A stretch of DNA of 64,000 nt from Zootoca vivipara (taxonomy: Eukaryota). The position numbers and the translations under genes are program-made. Shown piece by piece: positions 1 to 12,611 of the stretch; positions within the stretch are counted from its first letter, which is position 1, and every line of letters begins with the position of its first letter. The notes beneath the pieces are model-generated. The model saw nothing but the letters and a program-made list of their open reading frames with translations, ran no database searches and was not told where the DNA came from. The DNA is taken from the NCBI RefSeq assembly GCF_963506605.1, contig NC_083277.1, positions 6,386,001-6,450,000 on the forward strand, written 5' to 3'.

Positions 1-650
1 CATTTATATTTTTCACCCTTGCAGTTTTCGACATTGCTATAACATTACATTCAAGAGGAATTGAACATCGACTTCCCTTCACTGCATATTCTAATCATTC
101 CATATTTTCCCTTTCTTGTTTCTCGTTTGTTTCTCGGCCCTTGTTTTCAGACGGCCCTTGAGCATGTTAGAGTGCTTTCCTGCTGCTCACCACTTGTTTC
201 CCGTTTGTTTCTCGTTTGTTTCTCAGCCCTTGAGCATGTGCAGAGTGCTTTCCTGCTCACCACTTGTTTCTCGTTTGTTTCTCGTTTTTCACTCCGTTAT
301 AGTGTCGGGTTTACTCTAAACCTGCTAACGTTTTAACCTGCTTGCAGTGATTCTTCATATAACCTACAAACCTTTTCCAACGGATAAAGGATCTCTTAAG
401 TATATGCAGAACGCCTTTCTCCAGATGGGGAACTGCTACTTTTCTCCCTTTCTTGGGGCTGCACGCAGTATCCCACAGCATGTGCAGAGTGCTTTAAAAA
501 AAAAGCGGCAGAATCATTCCCCCCCCCTTTCTGGATGGAAGAAGATCTATAGGCAGACGGCCTTTGAGCATGTGCAGAGTGCTTTCCTGCTCACCACTTT
601 CTGTCTGGGCAGACAAACAAAAAAACATACGCAGAGCGCTTTTCTTCAGA

Positions 651-1005
651 TAAAAAGGTAAAGGGACCCCTGACCATTAGGTCCAGTCGTGACCGACTCT
701 GGGGTTGCGCGCTCATCTCGCATTATTGGCCGAGGGAGCCGGCGTATAGCTTCCAGGTCATGTGGCCAGCATGACAAAGCCACTTCTGGCGAACCAGAGC
801 AGCACATGGAAACGCCGTTTACCTTCCCGCTGCAGCGGTTCCTATTTATCTACTTGCATTTTGACATGCTTTCGAACTGCTAGGTTGGCAGGAGCTGGGA
901 CCGAGCTGGGACCGAGCTCACCCCGTCACAGGGATTCGAACCGCTGACCTTCTGATCAGCAAGCCCTAGGCTCAGTGGTTTAACCCACAGCACCACCTGG
1001 GTCCC
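651..1005 (-). mobile_element. Sauria SINE
   Basis: 5' GGGACCCAGGTGG...GGTTAAACCACTGAGCC head, GGTTCGAATCC B-box, ACCTTT tail. Confidence 0.92.
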
Positions 1006-1280
1006 TAAGATAGGGAACTGCTAATTGCAGTGTTGGGCAGCTCCTGCCCCAAACAAGCGCTTGAAACTCAGGAAAGATGGGTGGGAGCTATGCCTGGAAA
1101 AATCAAAGGCTGGTTTTTAAATAAATCTACTGTATATTTTAAAAAACATTTAAAAAAGGACTAACTTTCAACAATCATACATTCGCAAATCCATTAAAAA
1201 AACACAGAGATCAACTATATTGATTGATTGGCACCGGCCTGTCTCGGGAGACAACGGAGGAGTGAGCCCAACTACCGGTA

Positions 1281-1530
1281 TTACAGAAGAATCTTTTTAA
1301 TTGCCTGCATAGGCTTCGCTACACAACAAAGTTTTTGCGGGCATTTAAAGGTTAATGGAGAAGACGCCCGCTGAATATCTATTGGCTGACCATTCCACAG
1401 GGACGGGGGCGGCGCCAGAAGTGACCAACCCCATCCCTCCACAGGGATAAGTGAACGTAGGTGAGGAGAAAGAGGGGGGAGAGGGAGATTTCCGGTTGCC
1501 AATGGAAGGAAGCAGGAGCCCCGCACCCCC
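1281..1530 (-). mobile_element. Old LINE (L2-like) 3' end fragment; a similar piece lies at about 2030-2130
   Basis: APPPSLWNGQPIDIQRASSPLTFK resembles the L2 ORF2 C-terminus. Confidence 0.45.
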
Positions 1531-2356
1531 CGGCTGCGTTCAAATAGGAACCTGAATAGGCGTGAGCTCTGAATATCCTGCCCAGTTTGTGAAGTTGGGG
1601 AGAAGGGAGATGAACAGCTGGGCGCGCCTTATCGGACCATTTGAGGTAGAGGGGCGAAAGGGAGCTTCTCCTCCAGAAATGTAGGGATTTGGGGGTATTG
1701 CAAGGGAAGAAGAGCAAACCCTACACAAATCCGGAGTGGAGTCCCTAAGACAGTTAGATGGCACCTTGCCTTGTACGCCTCCTTCCGGAAACTCCTGCAG
1801 CCAAGCTAGTACCAAACGTCTTGCTCTGCTTTCCTTTGGACCCCCATCAGCGAGGCCAAGGGGGGTGTCTTGCCAACTGGGCAGCCCAGGACCTCCAGAC
1901 ACACTGCCCTGGCATGTGCTCCAAGGAGGTCGCTTTGGTTCTGCTAACGCAGTTGTTTGACTTCACCCCCAGAGGCGAGCTCCATTGTTTCTCAAGACAG
2001 ATGGATGCCAAAACAACTAACCATTAAATTTTCATAATTTCCTGCATAGGATTGGCAGCATATAAAGGTTTTCAGCAGGTGTTCAAAGGCTGAGGAAGAA
2101 GGAACCCGCTGAATCTCGGGCTGATGATACTCAAGACGCCATTTCTTCTTGTTGTCAGGTGAACCTCAACAACTCAGAGGACAACCAGTGATGTTCCTGC
2201 AGATTCTCCCTGCCGGGTTTGTTTAGGGTTTGTTACAGGCGGACAACCTTAACATGAGCCCGGCAGTGCTCATATCTCTCCTGTGGATTCCAGCAGCAGG
2301 TAAGTAACTGGGCCTTAAGCAAAGTGTTGGTTTCTTCCAAAAGCAAACGGGTACAA

Positions 2357-2748
2357 GGTAAAAAAAAGGTAAAAGGTAAAGGACCCCTGGATGGTTAAGT
2401 CCAGTCAAAGGTGACTATGGGGTTGTGGCATTCATCTCACTTTCAGGCCGAGGGAGCCGGCGTTTGTCCACAGACAGCTTTCCGGGTCATGTGGACAGCA
2501 GGACTAAACCGCTTCTGGCGCAATGGGACACTGGGGGAAGCCAGAGCGCATGGAAACGCCGTTTACCTTCCCGCTGCAGCGGTACCTATTTATCTACTTG
2601 CACTGGTGTGCTTTCAAACTGCTATGCTGGCAGGAACTGGGACAGAGCAACGGGAGCTCACTCTGTTGCAGGGATTCGAACTGCCGACCTTCTGGATCAT
2701 CAAGCCTAAGAGGCTCAGTGGTTTAGACCACAGTGCCACCCGCGTCCC
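2357..2748 (-). mobile_element. Sauria SINE
   Basis: Same body as 651-1005, with (ACCTTT)n tail. Confidence 0.9.
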
Positions 2749-2926
2749 CTCCCACCTCATGCTGCAGCCCAAGTGCTGGCAGCAGTAAGACCTAGTATTT
2801 CCTGCAGCCCAGGGTGTCCCACTCTTATTACCAAACCTTGAGGATTATTTGGCACGATGACTCTGTGTGTAAGTTTTTCGGCCCTGTAGGAAAATACTAG
2901 GAGAGATTTTTCTTTCTTTCTTTTAG

Positions 2927-3044
2927 GGTCTGGTGATCTTTGAGGCAGCAGCTGTGTGTTTCCCTGAGGAGGAGCGGGCGTTGCTGGATCCAGGCCACAG
3001 AGCCTTGTGCAAGGAAGTCATGGAGGAGAACGTAGCTTCTCTAG
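2927..3044 (+). pseudogene. ZNF gene 1: degenerate KRAB-A exon (GLVIFEAAAVCFPEEERALLDPGHRALCKEVMEENVASL)
   Basis: ttttag| acceptor and |gtaag donor; 118 nt, 9 nt short of the usual 127-nt KRAB-A exon; conserved W replaced by R. Confidence 0.85.
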
Positions 3045-3395
3045 GTAAGAACAGCTGCTTGTGGGCTTTTTCAGAGCCACCATCTGGTTGGGCTCTGTGA
3101 AAGCCAGCAAGGGTTTTCATACGCCCCTAAGCCAAATTATGGACTAGCCATCTCTAATGGCTGCTAGTCATCATGGCTATGTTCTGTCTCCAGTGTCTGA
3201 GGCAGTGTGCTTCTGAATACCTGGGAATCACGATTGGGGAGAATGCAGTTGTTCTGCCAAGTGAAGGAGATAACGAGGCTTTCAAGTTTTATTATTGTTT
3301 TTTGTTTTAAAAAGGGCCATCTAAGGTATCTAACTGTTGGAGATGCAATAGGGATAATGCTTCTCTAAAACATATGTTTTTTCATTGTCCTATAT

Positions 3396-3542
3396 CAGGC
3401 ATCCCCAAGCTTTGGCCCTCCAGATGTTTTGGACTACAATTCCCATCATCCCTGACCACTGGTCCTGTTAGCTAGGGATCATGGTTGTAGGCCATTGGTT
3501 GTAGGCCAAAACATCTGGAGGGCCGCAGTTTGGGGGTGCCTG
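3396..3542. mobile_element. hAT MITE (CAGGCATCCCCAA TIR family)
   Basis: TIRs and 8-bp TSD tcctatat. Confidence 0.9.
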
Positions 3543-3776
3543 TCCTATATTGAAAGATTTGGGGCAGAAAGTAACTGAAACCATCAACAGATGGGTGGGT
3601 TATAAGATAATAATAATAATAGTAATAATAGGCTTGAAAGCAGAGGATGGTCCCCTATCAGGGATAGCGTAGTAGCGTCCTGCATTGTGGCTCCTGCATT
3701 GAGCAAAGGGTTGGACTGAATGACCTTTGGAGGTTCCTTCCAACTCTAATCAAGATTCTCTCTTTCCCCTCTGCAG

Positions 3777-4868
3777 CAACTGGGCGGGGCAGCGAGGATT
3801 ATGGAGAGCGAGTTGGGGTGTCCTTGGAACCAGTCAATAATGAAGTGGAAGAAGAGACCTTTGGGGATCAAGAAATGTGGAGGCAGGGTGGACACCAAGT
3901 AGACGTCTGTGAAATCTCTGTCCAAAGAGCGCACACAGAGGAGAAACCCCTTCAGTCGCAGCGCAAACCTCATCTCTCATCAGATAATCCACATGGGAGA
4001 GAGAAAAGTTAAAGGTCAGGAGTTTGGAAAGGACTTTAGTCAAAGCAAACACCAAGCTTCACACCAGACAATTCATGGGAGAGAGAAAAATCATAAATGC
4101 CTGGAATGTGGGAAGAGCTTCAGTCGAAGCACAAACCTTACTAAACATCTAAGAACTCACACAGGGGAGAAACCGTTTAAATGCCTGGAGTGTGGGAAGC
4201 ACTTTAGTCAGAGCTCAAACCTGATTTCCCATCAAATAATTCACACCGGGGAAAAGCCCTATCAGTGTTTGGAGTGTGGCAAGGCCTTCAGTCACAACAC
4301 AAACCTTACCAAGCACGGGAGAATCCACACGGGGAAGAAGCCTTTCAAATGCCTGGAGTGCGGCAAGAGCTTCAGTCAAAGCTCAGACCTCATTTCCCAT
4401 CAGAGAATACACACGGGCGAAAAGCCATTTAAATGCCTGGAGTGTGGGATGTGTTTCAGTCAGAGCACGGCCCTTACGAAACATGACAAAATCCACACGG
4501 GAGAGAAGCCCTACGAATGTCTGGAGTGCGGAAAGAGCTTCAGCTGGAGAAAAAACCTTACTTCACATCAAAAAATCCACACAAAGGAGAGGCCGTACAA
4601 ATGCCCAGAGTGTGGGAAAAGCTTCAGTCAGAGCACAAACCTTATTAAGCATGAGAGGATCCACACAGGGGAGAAACCCTATAAATGCCTGGAGTGCGGC
4701 AAGACCTTTACTGTGAGCACGAGCCTTACTTCACATCAGAGAATCCACAGAGAGGGGATGCCGTATAAATGCCCCAAGTGTGGCAAGAGCTTCAGTAGGG
4801 GCCATAGCTGCCAAGTTTTCCCTTTTCCCGCGAGGAAGCCTATTCAGCATAAGGGAAAATCCCTTTAA
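3777..4868 (+). pseudogene. ZNF gene 1: C2H2 finger exon (8 intact fingers), frameshifted near 3950 and interrupted by a MITE at 4803
   Basis: Phase-1 acceptor ctgcag|3777 reads ATGRGSEDYGE...EEKP and stops at 4010-4012; the finger array is in another frame (ORF 3909-4868); further decayed fingers to about 5220. Confidence 0.8.
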
Positions 4869-4892
4869 AAAAGGGATAACTTGGCAGCTATG
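4803..4892. mobile_element. 90-bp hAT MITE inserted in a zinc finger
   Basis: TIR catagctgccaagtt/aacttggcagctatg; 8-bp TSD gtaggggc. Confidence 0.92.
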
Positions 4893-5328
4893 GTAGGGGC
4901 ACAAACCTTGAGAAGCACAAAAGAATTCACGCTGGAGAGAAATGCTTAAATGTCTGGGGTGTGGAAAGAGCTTCCGTTGAAGCGGAGACCTTCCTTCCCA
5001 TCAAAGAATTCACCCAGGAGATATGCTGTTTAAATGTCTGGAGTGCGGAATGAGCTCGTCAGAGAACCATCTTTACTAAATGTGACAGAATAGTAAATTT
5101 AGGAAGCATTTTAATGCCTGGAATGTGGGGAAAGCTTCGGGTCAAGCACAATGCAGGCTAATGATCTTAGAAACCTGGATTGCGGTTGGAGTTTCAGTCA
5201 GGGCCCATCCCTTAAATTTCCATCAAAATGTTCATTGCATTGAATTTTCAAAAAAAAAAAGTGTCTATTTTATTTATTCGGGGTGCCAAGGGGGAGTGCA
5301 AGGGTATCATGGAGAGAAAACAATAGAT

Positions 5329-5464
5329 CAGGCATCCCCAAACTGCGGCCCTCCAGATGCTTTGGCCTACAACTCTCATGATCCCTAGCTAACAGGACCA
5401 GTGGTCAGGGATGATGGGAATTGTAGTCCAACACATCTGGAGGGCCGAAGTTTGGGGGTGCCTG
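5329..5464. mobile_element. hAT MITE (CAGGCATCCCCAA family)
   Basis: TIRs; 8-bp TSD caatagat. Confidence 0.9.
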
Positions 5465-6182
5465 CAATAGATGGTTTTGGTTAAGAGCCGTCTGCTTTTC
5501 ACGTTGCCCATATTTCTGTCACTTCTTTTGATACATGTTCTTGTAGTTTGTTGGTAGAATGTGTAAGTGATGAAAAAGAACCAGGTGGCAAAATGAAACT
5601 GTGCTTCCTCTTTTTCTAATCTGTCCAATAAAATACTTCCAAATGTTTTTGTTTGTTTTTGTGGTCTTCCATTTCTTAGGACTCATATAGACAATACATT
5701 TTCCAGATAGCCTTGGCTGGGATTTTATTTTAGACATTTCATCTGCGGGGAGCCCTCAATCCAAGGCTGGGAAAGGGGGGGCGATCCTTTCTGTCCTACT
5801 CAGCTGCCCTCTATCAACAGCTGCCTCCCTGCCTCTTCTTGTCCCACTGGCCACCCTTTGAGGTTGGAGGGTCCCCACGTGGGGCGACCTCCCTCCCCAA
5901 AGCGCATATTCTCTGCTGCATTTCCCACCAATCCTCCATGGCACTCTTGCCTCCCCACTGCCTGGAAAAGATACTCACCAGATTCCTCTCTGGGTGGGAG
6001 AGACAAAGGGCTGTTTCTGCTCCCCCCCCCCCCCAGAGGAGCTGGCAGATCAGGAAGCGCCAGAATTCCTTCTTTCCAGAGACCTTTCTAGAAATGCAGG
6101 CCTCGTCTGTCCCCCTTTGACCCTTGGGCGGACCGAAGCCTCACTAGGAAAACGACACGTGTCTATGTGGCGGAATAGTGCC

Positions 6183-6876
6183 TGATGATGATTCCAGTTC
6201 ATCATGGGTTAATCTCTCACTCCCATTCTAGGCAGGTGTTCCTTGGGAGGCGGAGCTTGAGGGGATTCTAAATGGCAGTTGGCAGTTGGCAGTTGGAGAG
6301 TAGAGTGTCAGAGAGGGATGCAGGAGCTGTATTAAGAAATCTGTGTTATATGAAAAGAAGATGATGAACTAAGAGTTTAAACAAATGAAACCATAAAGAA
6401 ATATACATGTTCTCCAGTTAAATAAAGCTTTCATCTATGTTGTGTCAAATTGGATGTTCCTCCTTATTCCAGCAACGTATCTAAACTCAAAAGGGTGGTG
6501 ACTGAAGAGGGGAGATAAAACTAAGCCTGAGGAGCAGGTGGATAGTTTGCATCTCAAAGTCACGCACAGAGGAGGCAAGTGGAGGGAAAAGAGTGCCTTG
6601 CAGTGGCTAAAGTGCTAAGGCAACCGCTGCTGAGGTGAACCTGAGTTGAGAGGGAAACCTTACTGAGGGCACAAGACTGTTCCTGTAAAATTTGCCTGGA
6701 GTTTTTAAGGATACAGAGCCACGTTATTTGGAAAGCTGGAACTGTACTCTATGTACTAGCAAACCCATATAAAAACAGGGAGTTTATTTGGGAGAAAGAA
6801 GGAATAGTGGGTTGTTTGAACAATAACTGAATTCCTTCAGCACACTGTTAGTAATAGAGAAGGGAGGATCGTCACA
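6183..6876 (+). mobile_element. Probable LTR (TG...CA), with its tRNA-Leu PBS displaced to 8313-8330
   Basis: tgatgatgattcc...ggatcgtcaca imperfect terminal IR; AATAAA at 6421; tggtggtagcggtgggat follows once the 6883-8296 insert is removed. Confidence 0.6.
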
Positions 6877-6882
6877 TTTTTG

Positions 6883-8296
6883 TTTTTTAAATATATTTTT
6901 ATTAGTTTTCCAATTAAAACCAATTATATCACATTCATTATTTCAAATTATACACATATATATCAATCAAACCGAATGTTATGCCAAATCATCTAGAATT
7001 TTTTTTTTTTTTGGGTTCCCATTTGGATTCCTCGCAACCGTCCACTGCCGTCTTTTTTCTAAAGTTCAAATCGTCCTCCAAGTTCATAATAATCCAGATC
7101 TTTCCCTTACAGTCACATAGATGTTTTCCACTTTCAACCGATTGTTTCCCAGCTGCTGAGATAAATATCAAACAAGGTTTCACAGATGTTCTTTCTCCTG
7201 TGTGGGTTAATCAGTCCAGCCTCCCCATAAATCTTCTTAGTCTGGAGCTCCCTGTTGCGTCAACACGAAGCAGCGCCATCTTAAAAAGCTCAAATCACGT
7301 TCGTTTTCTCTCATAGCCATGTAGATTAACGATCTTAGTAAAATAAAAAAATTCCTTCAGTAGCACCTTAAAGACCAACTAAGTTTTTATTTTGGTATGA
7401 GCTTTCGTGTGCATGCACACGAAAGCTCATACCAAAATAAAAACTTAGTTGGTCTTTAAGGTGCTACTGAAGGAATTTTTTTATTTTACTTCGATCCAGA
7501 CCAACACGGCTACCTACCTGTAACCAGATCTTAGTAAAATTTACAGCTTTTCCAGGCAGAAGACCCAAACATCAAACCATAAACTCTTGGTAAATTAATG
7601 GATCTCCTTGCCCTATAGCTGAACTTAGCTTCAGGTCGCTGCTCCAATTCAAAGTGCGTCACAGCTCATAAATCCTCCGAACGCGTGCAGGCACTCCTTC
7701 CGTCCAACTAGGGGGGGGGCTTTTCTCATCGGCAACTCCACATCTTTAAAAAATATGCTCAGTAACAACAGTTTATAAAGTTCAACTCACACAGTCTTTT
7801 GCTTCTCTTTCACTCCAAACAAGCCAGGACATCGCGTCTGGGAAGGTACGAAGTAACTCATATGAAGGAAAATATAAAAAAAACTCACTTCCCTTATCGC
7901 TCCGTCCCCATCAATCCTTCTTCCAGATGAAATACAGCCTTTGACTCCTCTCCCTCAGCAGCATAAATTTCTCAGCAGTAAACAGCGCTTCTTCCCCTCC
8001 TTCTGAAGTATGTCCATAGATTTAAACCTAATTATCTTCTTTAACCATGGAAATCCCCGCCATGCAGATTAGCGTCCGGGAGTCCTGGCCCTCGTAAGTG
8101 CTTTTCAGCCCAAGCTCCCCCCACTCCATAAACAGTCGGAGTGGGTCTGGGGGCATCGCGGGCCAGCGGCCCCTCTCCGTAACCCCCGGAGAGGGTAGGG
8201 GGTTGCCATTTACTCCCCTAGCAACCGCCAAATTCCTTACGAAGGTCAGAGGGATGGAAAACAGGTCCGCCATTCCTGCCGGCGGAAACCGGAACC
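6883..8296 (-). mobile_element. Non-autonomous L1-like retroelement
   Basis: 18-bp TSD aggatcgtcacatttttg; CpG-rich 5' end GGTTCCGGTTTCCGCC...ATGGCGG; AATAAA and A-rich 3' end. Confidence 0.75.
7337..7526. mobile_element. Penelope-like element remnant forming a 154-bp perfect palindrome (7337-7490)
   Basis: tagcaccttaaagaccaac / cagaccaacacggctac motifs; flanking direct repeat gatcttagtaaaat. Confidence 0.75.
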
Positions 8297-9447
8297 AGGA
8301 TCGTCACATTTTTGGTGGTAGCGGTGGGATCGTCACACCCTGCGCCACCCAGACTACCCCTAATGCCGGCAATGCAAGTTGCAAAAGCATATAGACTCCC
8401 AATTCTCACTCCAGAGTCAGTCATCTGGAGCCGACTCAACTCTGGTCAGTTTTATAGTGCATACCGGTAATTCACCCCAACTTGCTTGCACAATATTCGC
8501 TGGCAGGATATAAGGCCTCACCCTAGATTCGTATGATGACATGAAGATAACCCACAGCTTTTATTTTCCCCAGTCCTGTTCCTAATGTTCTTCAGTCCTC
8601 CACACGGTCCTTCTGCAAAGGTAGTGGTTATATACAGGGCATACAGATTTCCTACTCCAAAGAGTATAAATAAGTATAAATAAGAATAGGAACAAAATAA
8701 GCCAATCACTCCACCCACACAGGAGCCATAAGTCACAGAAAGCGAAAGATCATGCAGCTCCATACAGTCATAAATTGACACAGCTCACAGTGAAATTCCT
8801 CTTAAAACTTTTAATGGTGTTTCTATTTCCTTGGATACATATTTCAAATCTATTTAATTAGTGTAGCAATTGTTAAATAAATTCCACTTTGGACTCATAC
8901 TCCATTGTGTTTATTATTAAAGGGAACTTCCTTACAGACAGACAACGGCTACATACTGTACAACTATCTGACTTTCGAAGACATCTGAAGGCAACCCTGT
9001 ATTGGGAAATTTTTAACGTCTAATGTGTTACCATTTTTTTACGTGCTGCGAGCCGCCCAGAGTGGCTGGGAAACCAAGCCAATTGGTGGGGTATTATTAT
9101 TATTATTAGTAGTAGTATTATTATTACTATTACTATTATTATGCCTACAGAGTCCCGGCTAGTGCAGAGTGCGAATGTCGCTAACATATAAGGCAGGAAA
9201 AACCTAGCAATACATGGTTGGATGCTGTGCAACAGAAGTAAAGCAATGGTTTGAAATTATTTCATCAAAGGAATGAGCCAAAGGATCGTTGCCTCAGTCC
9301 CTACAAACACACACACTTTTTGAACAGATTGATCCAACAATTATTTTCACGTCAAGTAATGATCCAGGATCTATGCATTTCCTCAAGTTCTCCCCTCAAG
9401 TCCAGCGCCCAGAAGGACAGGCATTTCTCACTGGTAGGTTCACCAAT

Positions 9448-9830
9448 AAAGGTAAAAGGTAAAGGACCCCTGGACAGTTCAAGGCCAGTCAAATTAGACA
9501 ATGGGGTTGCAGCATTCATCTCGCTTTCAGGCCGAGGGAGCCAGCATTTGTCCGCTGATGGCTTTTCCAGGTCATGTGGCCAGCATGTCTAAACTGCTTC
9601 TGGCACAATGGGACACTCTGACAAGTGCCAGAGTGCATGGAAATGTCATTTACCTTCCCGCCGCAGCGGTACCTATTTATCTATTTGTGCTGGTGTGCTT
9701 TTGAACCTCTAGGTTGGGAGGAGCTGGAAAAAAGCAATGGGAGCTCACCCCATTGCACGGGTTCGAACCACCAACCTTCCGATCGGCAAACCCAAGAGGT
9801 TCGGTGGTTTAGACCACAGCGCCACCTGCT
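9448..9830 (-). mobile_element. Sauria SINE (diverged)
   Basis: Similar to 651-1005. Confidence 0.88.
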
Positions 9831-9939
9831 CCCCCCTGTTCACCAATAATCAATGCCAGGAGACAGGATCGCAAACAAATATAAATTGTAGTATACCATT
9901 TCTTTAAAGAAATAGCATACTACAGTTAATATTTCTTGC

Positions 9940-10270
9940 GATCCTGTCTCCACTTCCATCATCCAGCCTGGACACTGAGGTCCAGCTCCGAGGGCCTTTT
10001 GGCAGTTCCCTCCCTGCAAGAAGTGTGGTTACAGGGAACCAGGCACAGGGCCTTCTCAGTCGTGGCACCTGCCCTGTGGAACGCCCTTCCACCAGATGTC
10101 AAGGAGATAAACAATATTACATGACCTTACGTAGACATCTGAAAGCAGCCAGTATTGGGAACTTTTTAACATTTGATGTTTTATTGTGTTTTTATAATTC
10201 CCCAGAAGCTGCTCAGAGTGGCTGGGGCAACCCAGTGAGATGGCCGGCATAGAAGTAATAAAATAATTAT
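9940..10270 (+). mobile_element. L2-like LINE 3' fragment
   Basis: RAFSVVAPALWNALP motif; cagagtggctgggg...(TAA)n end. Confidence 0.8.
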
Positions 10271-10494
10271 TCTAATGAGGAAACATAAGAGGAGTTGGAG
10301 AGCCACAGGTTTTGCCGCTCCCGGGCTACAATTTCTTCCAGACCTGGAACACCTTCCGATGCAGCCAAATCTGAACAAAAATTAAAATGTCATGGGTCTC
10401 TCTCTCTCTCTCTCTAGCCTGCCCCACACCTTCTTTGTAAAATAAGGTGGGCTTTCTGGTATGGCTTTACTCCAGAGTGGTCTCTCGTAAGGAA

Positions 10495-11105
10495 CTAGGT
10501 CACGCAGAAGGCTTTCCCGGAACAGGATTGTTCTGTGGGCGGCCTGCCCCCGGCGTGGTTCCTCCGGTGGCGGACCAGGTGCGACTTGCTGATGAAGCCC
10601 TTCTCGCAGACGGCACACTTGTAGGGCTTCTCGCCCATGTGGGTCCTGCCGTGGGCCAGGAGGTTGGAGGTGCTGCTGAAGCTCTTCCCGCAGGCGCAAC
10701 ACCGGTAGGGCTTCTCCCCGGTGTGGGTCCTCTCGTGGAGGATGAGGTGGGAGCTCTGGATGAAGCTCTTGCCGCAGAAGGAGCAGGCGTAGGGCTTCTC
10801 TCCCGTGTGGGTCCTCTCGTGCGTCACCAGGTGCGACCGGCGGCTGAAGGACTTTCCACAATAAGCGCACTGGTACGGCTTCCCGCGGAAGTGCGGGCTG
10901 TGTCTCCGGAGACCCTCCTTGCAACCGAGGGGCGCCCCGTCCTCGCATGGGTAGGCCGTCTCCTGGATTTCAACCGCTTCGTACTTCACGAGCTCCGAAC
11001 CGAAGCTTTCGCCAGATCTGTGTTCTGATCCTTGAGGCTGCTGCCGCAGCAGGGTTTGATCAAGAGAGATCTCGCTCGACCCACGGGGAACAGATTCAGG
11101 TGTAA
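10495..11105 (-). CDS. ZNF gene 2 terminal exon: 4 C2H2 fingers
   Basis: ORF 10495-10989 with TGEKPY linkers; frame stays open upstream to a phase-1-compatible AG at 11106-11107 (weak pyrimidine tract, so the 5' boundary is uncertain). Confidence 0.8.
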
Positions 11106-12227
11106 CTAATCAGGTGTAAATATTGAGGCCAGTTGTAGGCATCAAGTGATTATTATTTTTACCACTTTCTATGATCAAGCTGCTATGAAATGTTTGCACT
11201 TTAATTTTTAACCTCTATAATTTTGCAGTGCCTTTTAGAGTACAGGTTTAGTTACTTTTATAATATAGGATAAAGCTGCTAGGAACTACGAGCAATTTTA
11301 TTTTTTTAAAAGCCTCTATTAAACGTTTTACACACATGGTTAGTTTCTGTTCTATTTGGTGCAGTCACAGAGGGGCGATTGTACTGGAAGATTTTTATAT
11401 TTTTCATTAACAGATACATTTTAATCCATCTTTTGTTTTCCGATGACTTTAAATGTTGTAACATTTTCAGCACTTACACTTTGAAACTCCCTGCCTATTG
11501 ACACCAGCCAGGTGCATTCACTGTATTCATTTTGGTCCCTGCTTTTTTTTAAAAAAAAATTCTTAGGGAAGTCTAACCAAAAATGCAGATGTTGGTGTGT
11601 TTTTGCTCTCATTTTAGTTTATCACGGATTTTAATTGCTTGTTCGTAACTGATTTTATTTGTTCCTTGTAAGCCGCTTAAGAGGTTTCATTACAATTAAG
11701 TGGAATATAAGTTTTGCTAAATGAAATTAATTAAAAATAGAGAAAAAAGCGAGTTCTCTGTTGGATTGCTATGTTTTGAAACAATTTACCCGTATTCGAT
11801 TCTTAGTGTTAATTGTGTATTGATTCACATTTTTGTTGTTCTTTGGCAAGACATTTTGAGTGTTTTTCTGTTTTTGTTTTAAATGGGAAAGCAGCATACA
11901 AATTTAAATCAAAGATAAATCACAGTGATTGTTGAAAAGAATTGACAACCAAACACAACAACAGGGTGAACTAGGGAGAAAAAATGTAACTCTCATTTTG
12001 TGGCCTATAGGCGTGGGAGACAGAAGGAAAGGCAACGTCTTTCTGCTGGAAGGAGAGAAAGGTTTGTCTCCTCCTCTCCTTGAAAACTTTCCTTTCCAGC
12101 TGCTGATGACAAGAATTCTGTAACTGAGGTGTGCTTTCCCCCCTCTCCTCCTCCCCCCTCCCCAGTGCCTTTTCCTTTTGTGCCACATCTTTTTGGCTGC
12201 AAACCTGAGATTTGGTATCCTCCTTAC

Positions 12228-12357
12228 CTCGTGAGCTCAAATCTCCAGAGCTGGCCTCCTCCTTCGCGCCCCTCTCCTTTTGCCTCTGCCCCGTGTTGGT
12301 CAGAACCTGCGCCGGTTCAGAGAAACTGTAGCCGTCCTCCTCAAAGGCTGCCTGCAC
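12228..12357 (-). CDS. ZNF gene 2 internal exon: degenerate KRAB-like (VQAAFEEDGYSFSEPAQVLTNTGQRQKE...)
   Basis: ttccag| acceptor, |gtaagg donor, 130 nt, phase 0 to 1, matching both flanking exons. Confidence 0.75.
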
Positions 12358-12611
12358 CTGGAACGACAGCAGAGATTCCTTGCACAACAGCCTCTGCACT
12401 GCCACTTTTGCTGGGTGGGGGACTGCGGAAGGTCCCAGGTTCGATTTCTGCCCTATCAGGTCAAGCAGGCAAAGGAAAGGGATCCAGGGAGCTGCAGCAG
12501 CTATTGCATCTGGCTGCAGCAGGAGAAGAAGAGGAGAGCAAGGCATCTGCTAAGACAGAAGCTCCACCAAACTCCTACCACCCTCAACTGTTACCCAATA
12601 TTCATCTAACT

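Noticed and set aside
10382-11028. Long overlapping or antisense ORFs over finger and SCAN exons (also 4276-4716, 14251-15209, 50611-51048)
   Set aside because: Expected shadows of GC-rich, repetitive C2H2/SCAN coding sequence; no independent domain signal.
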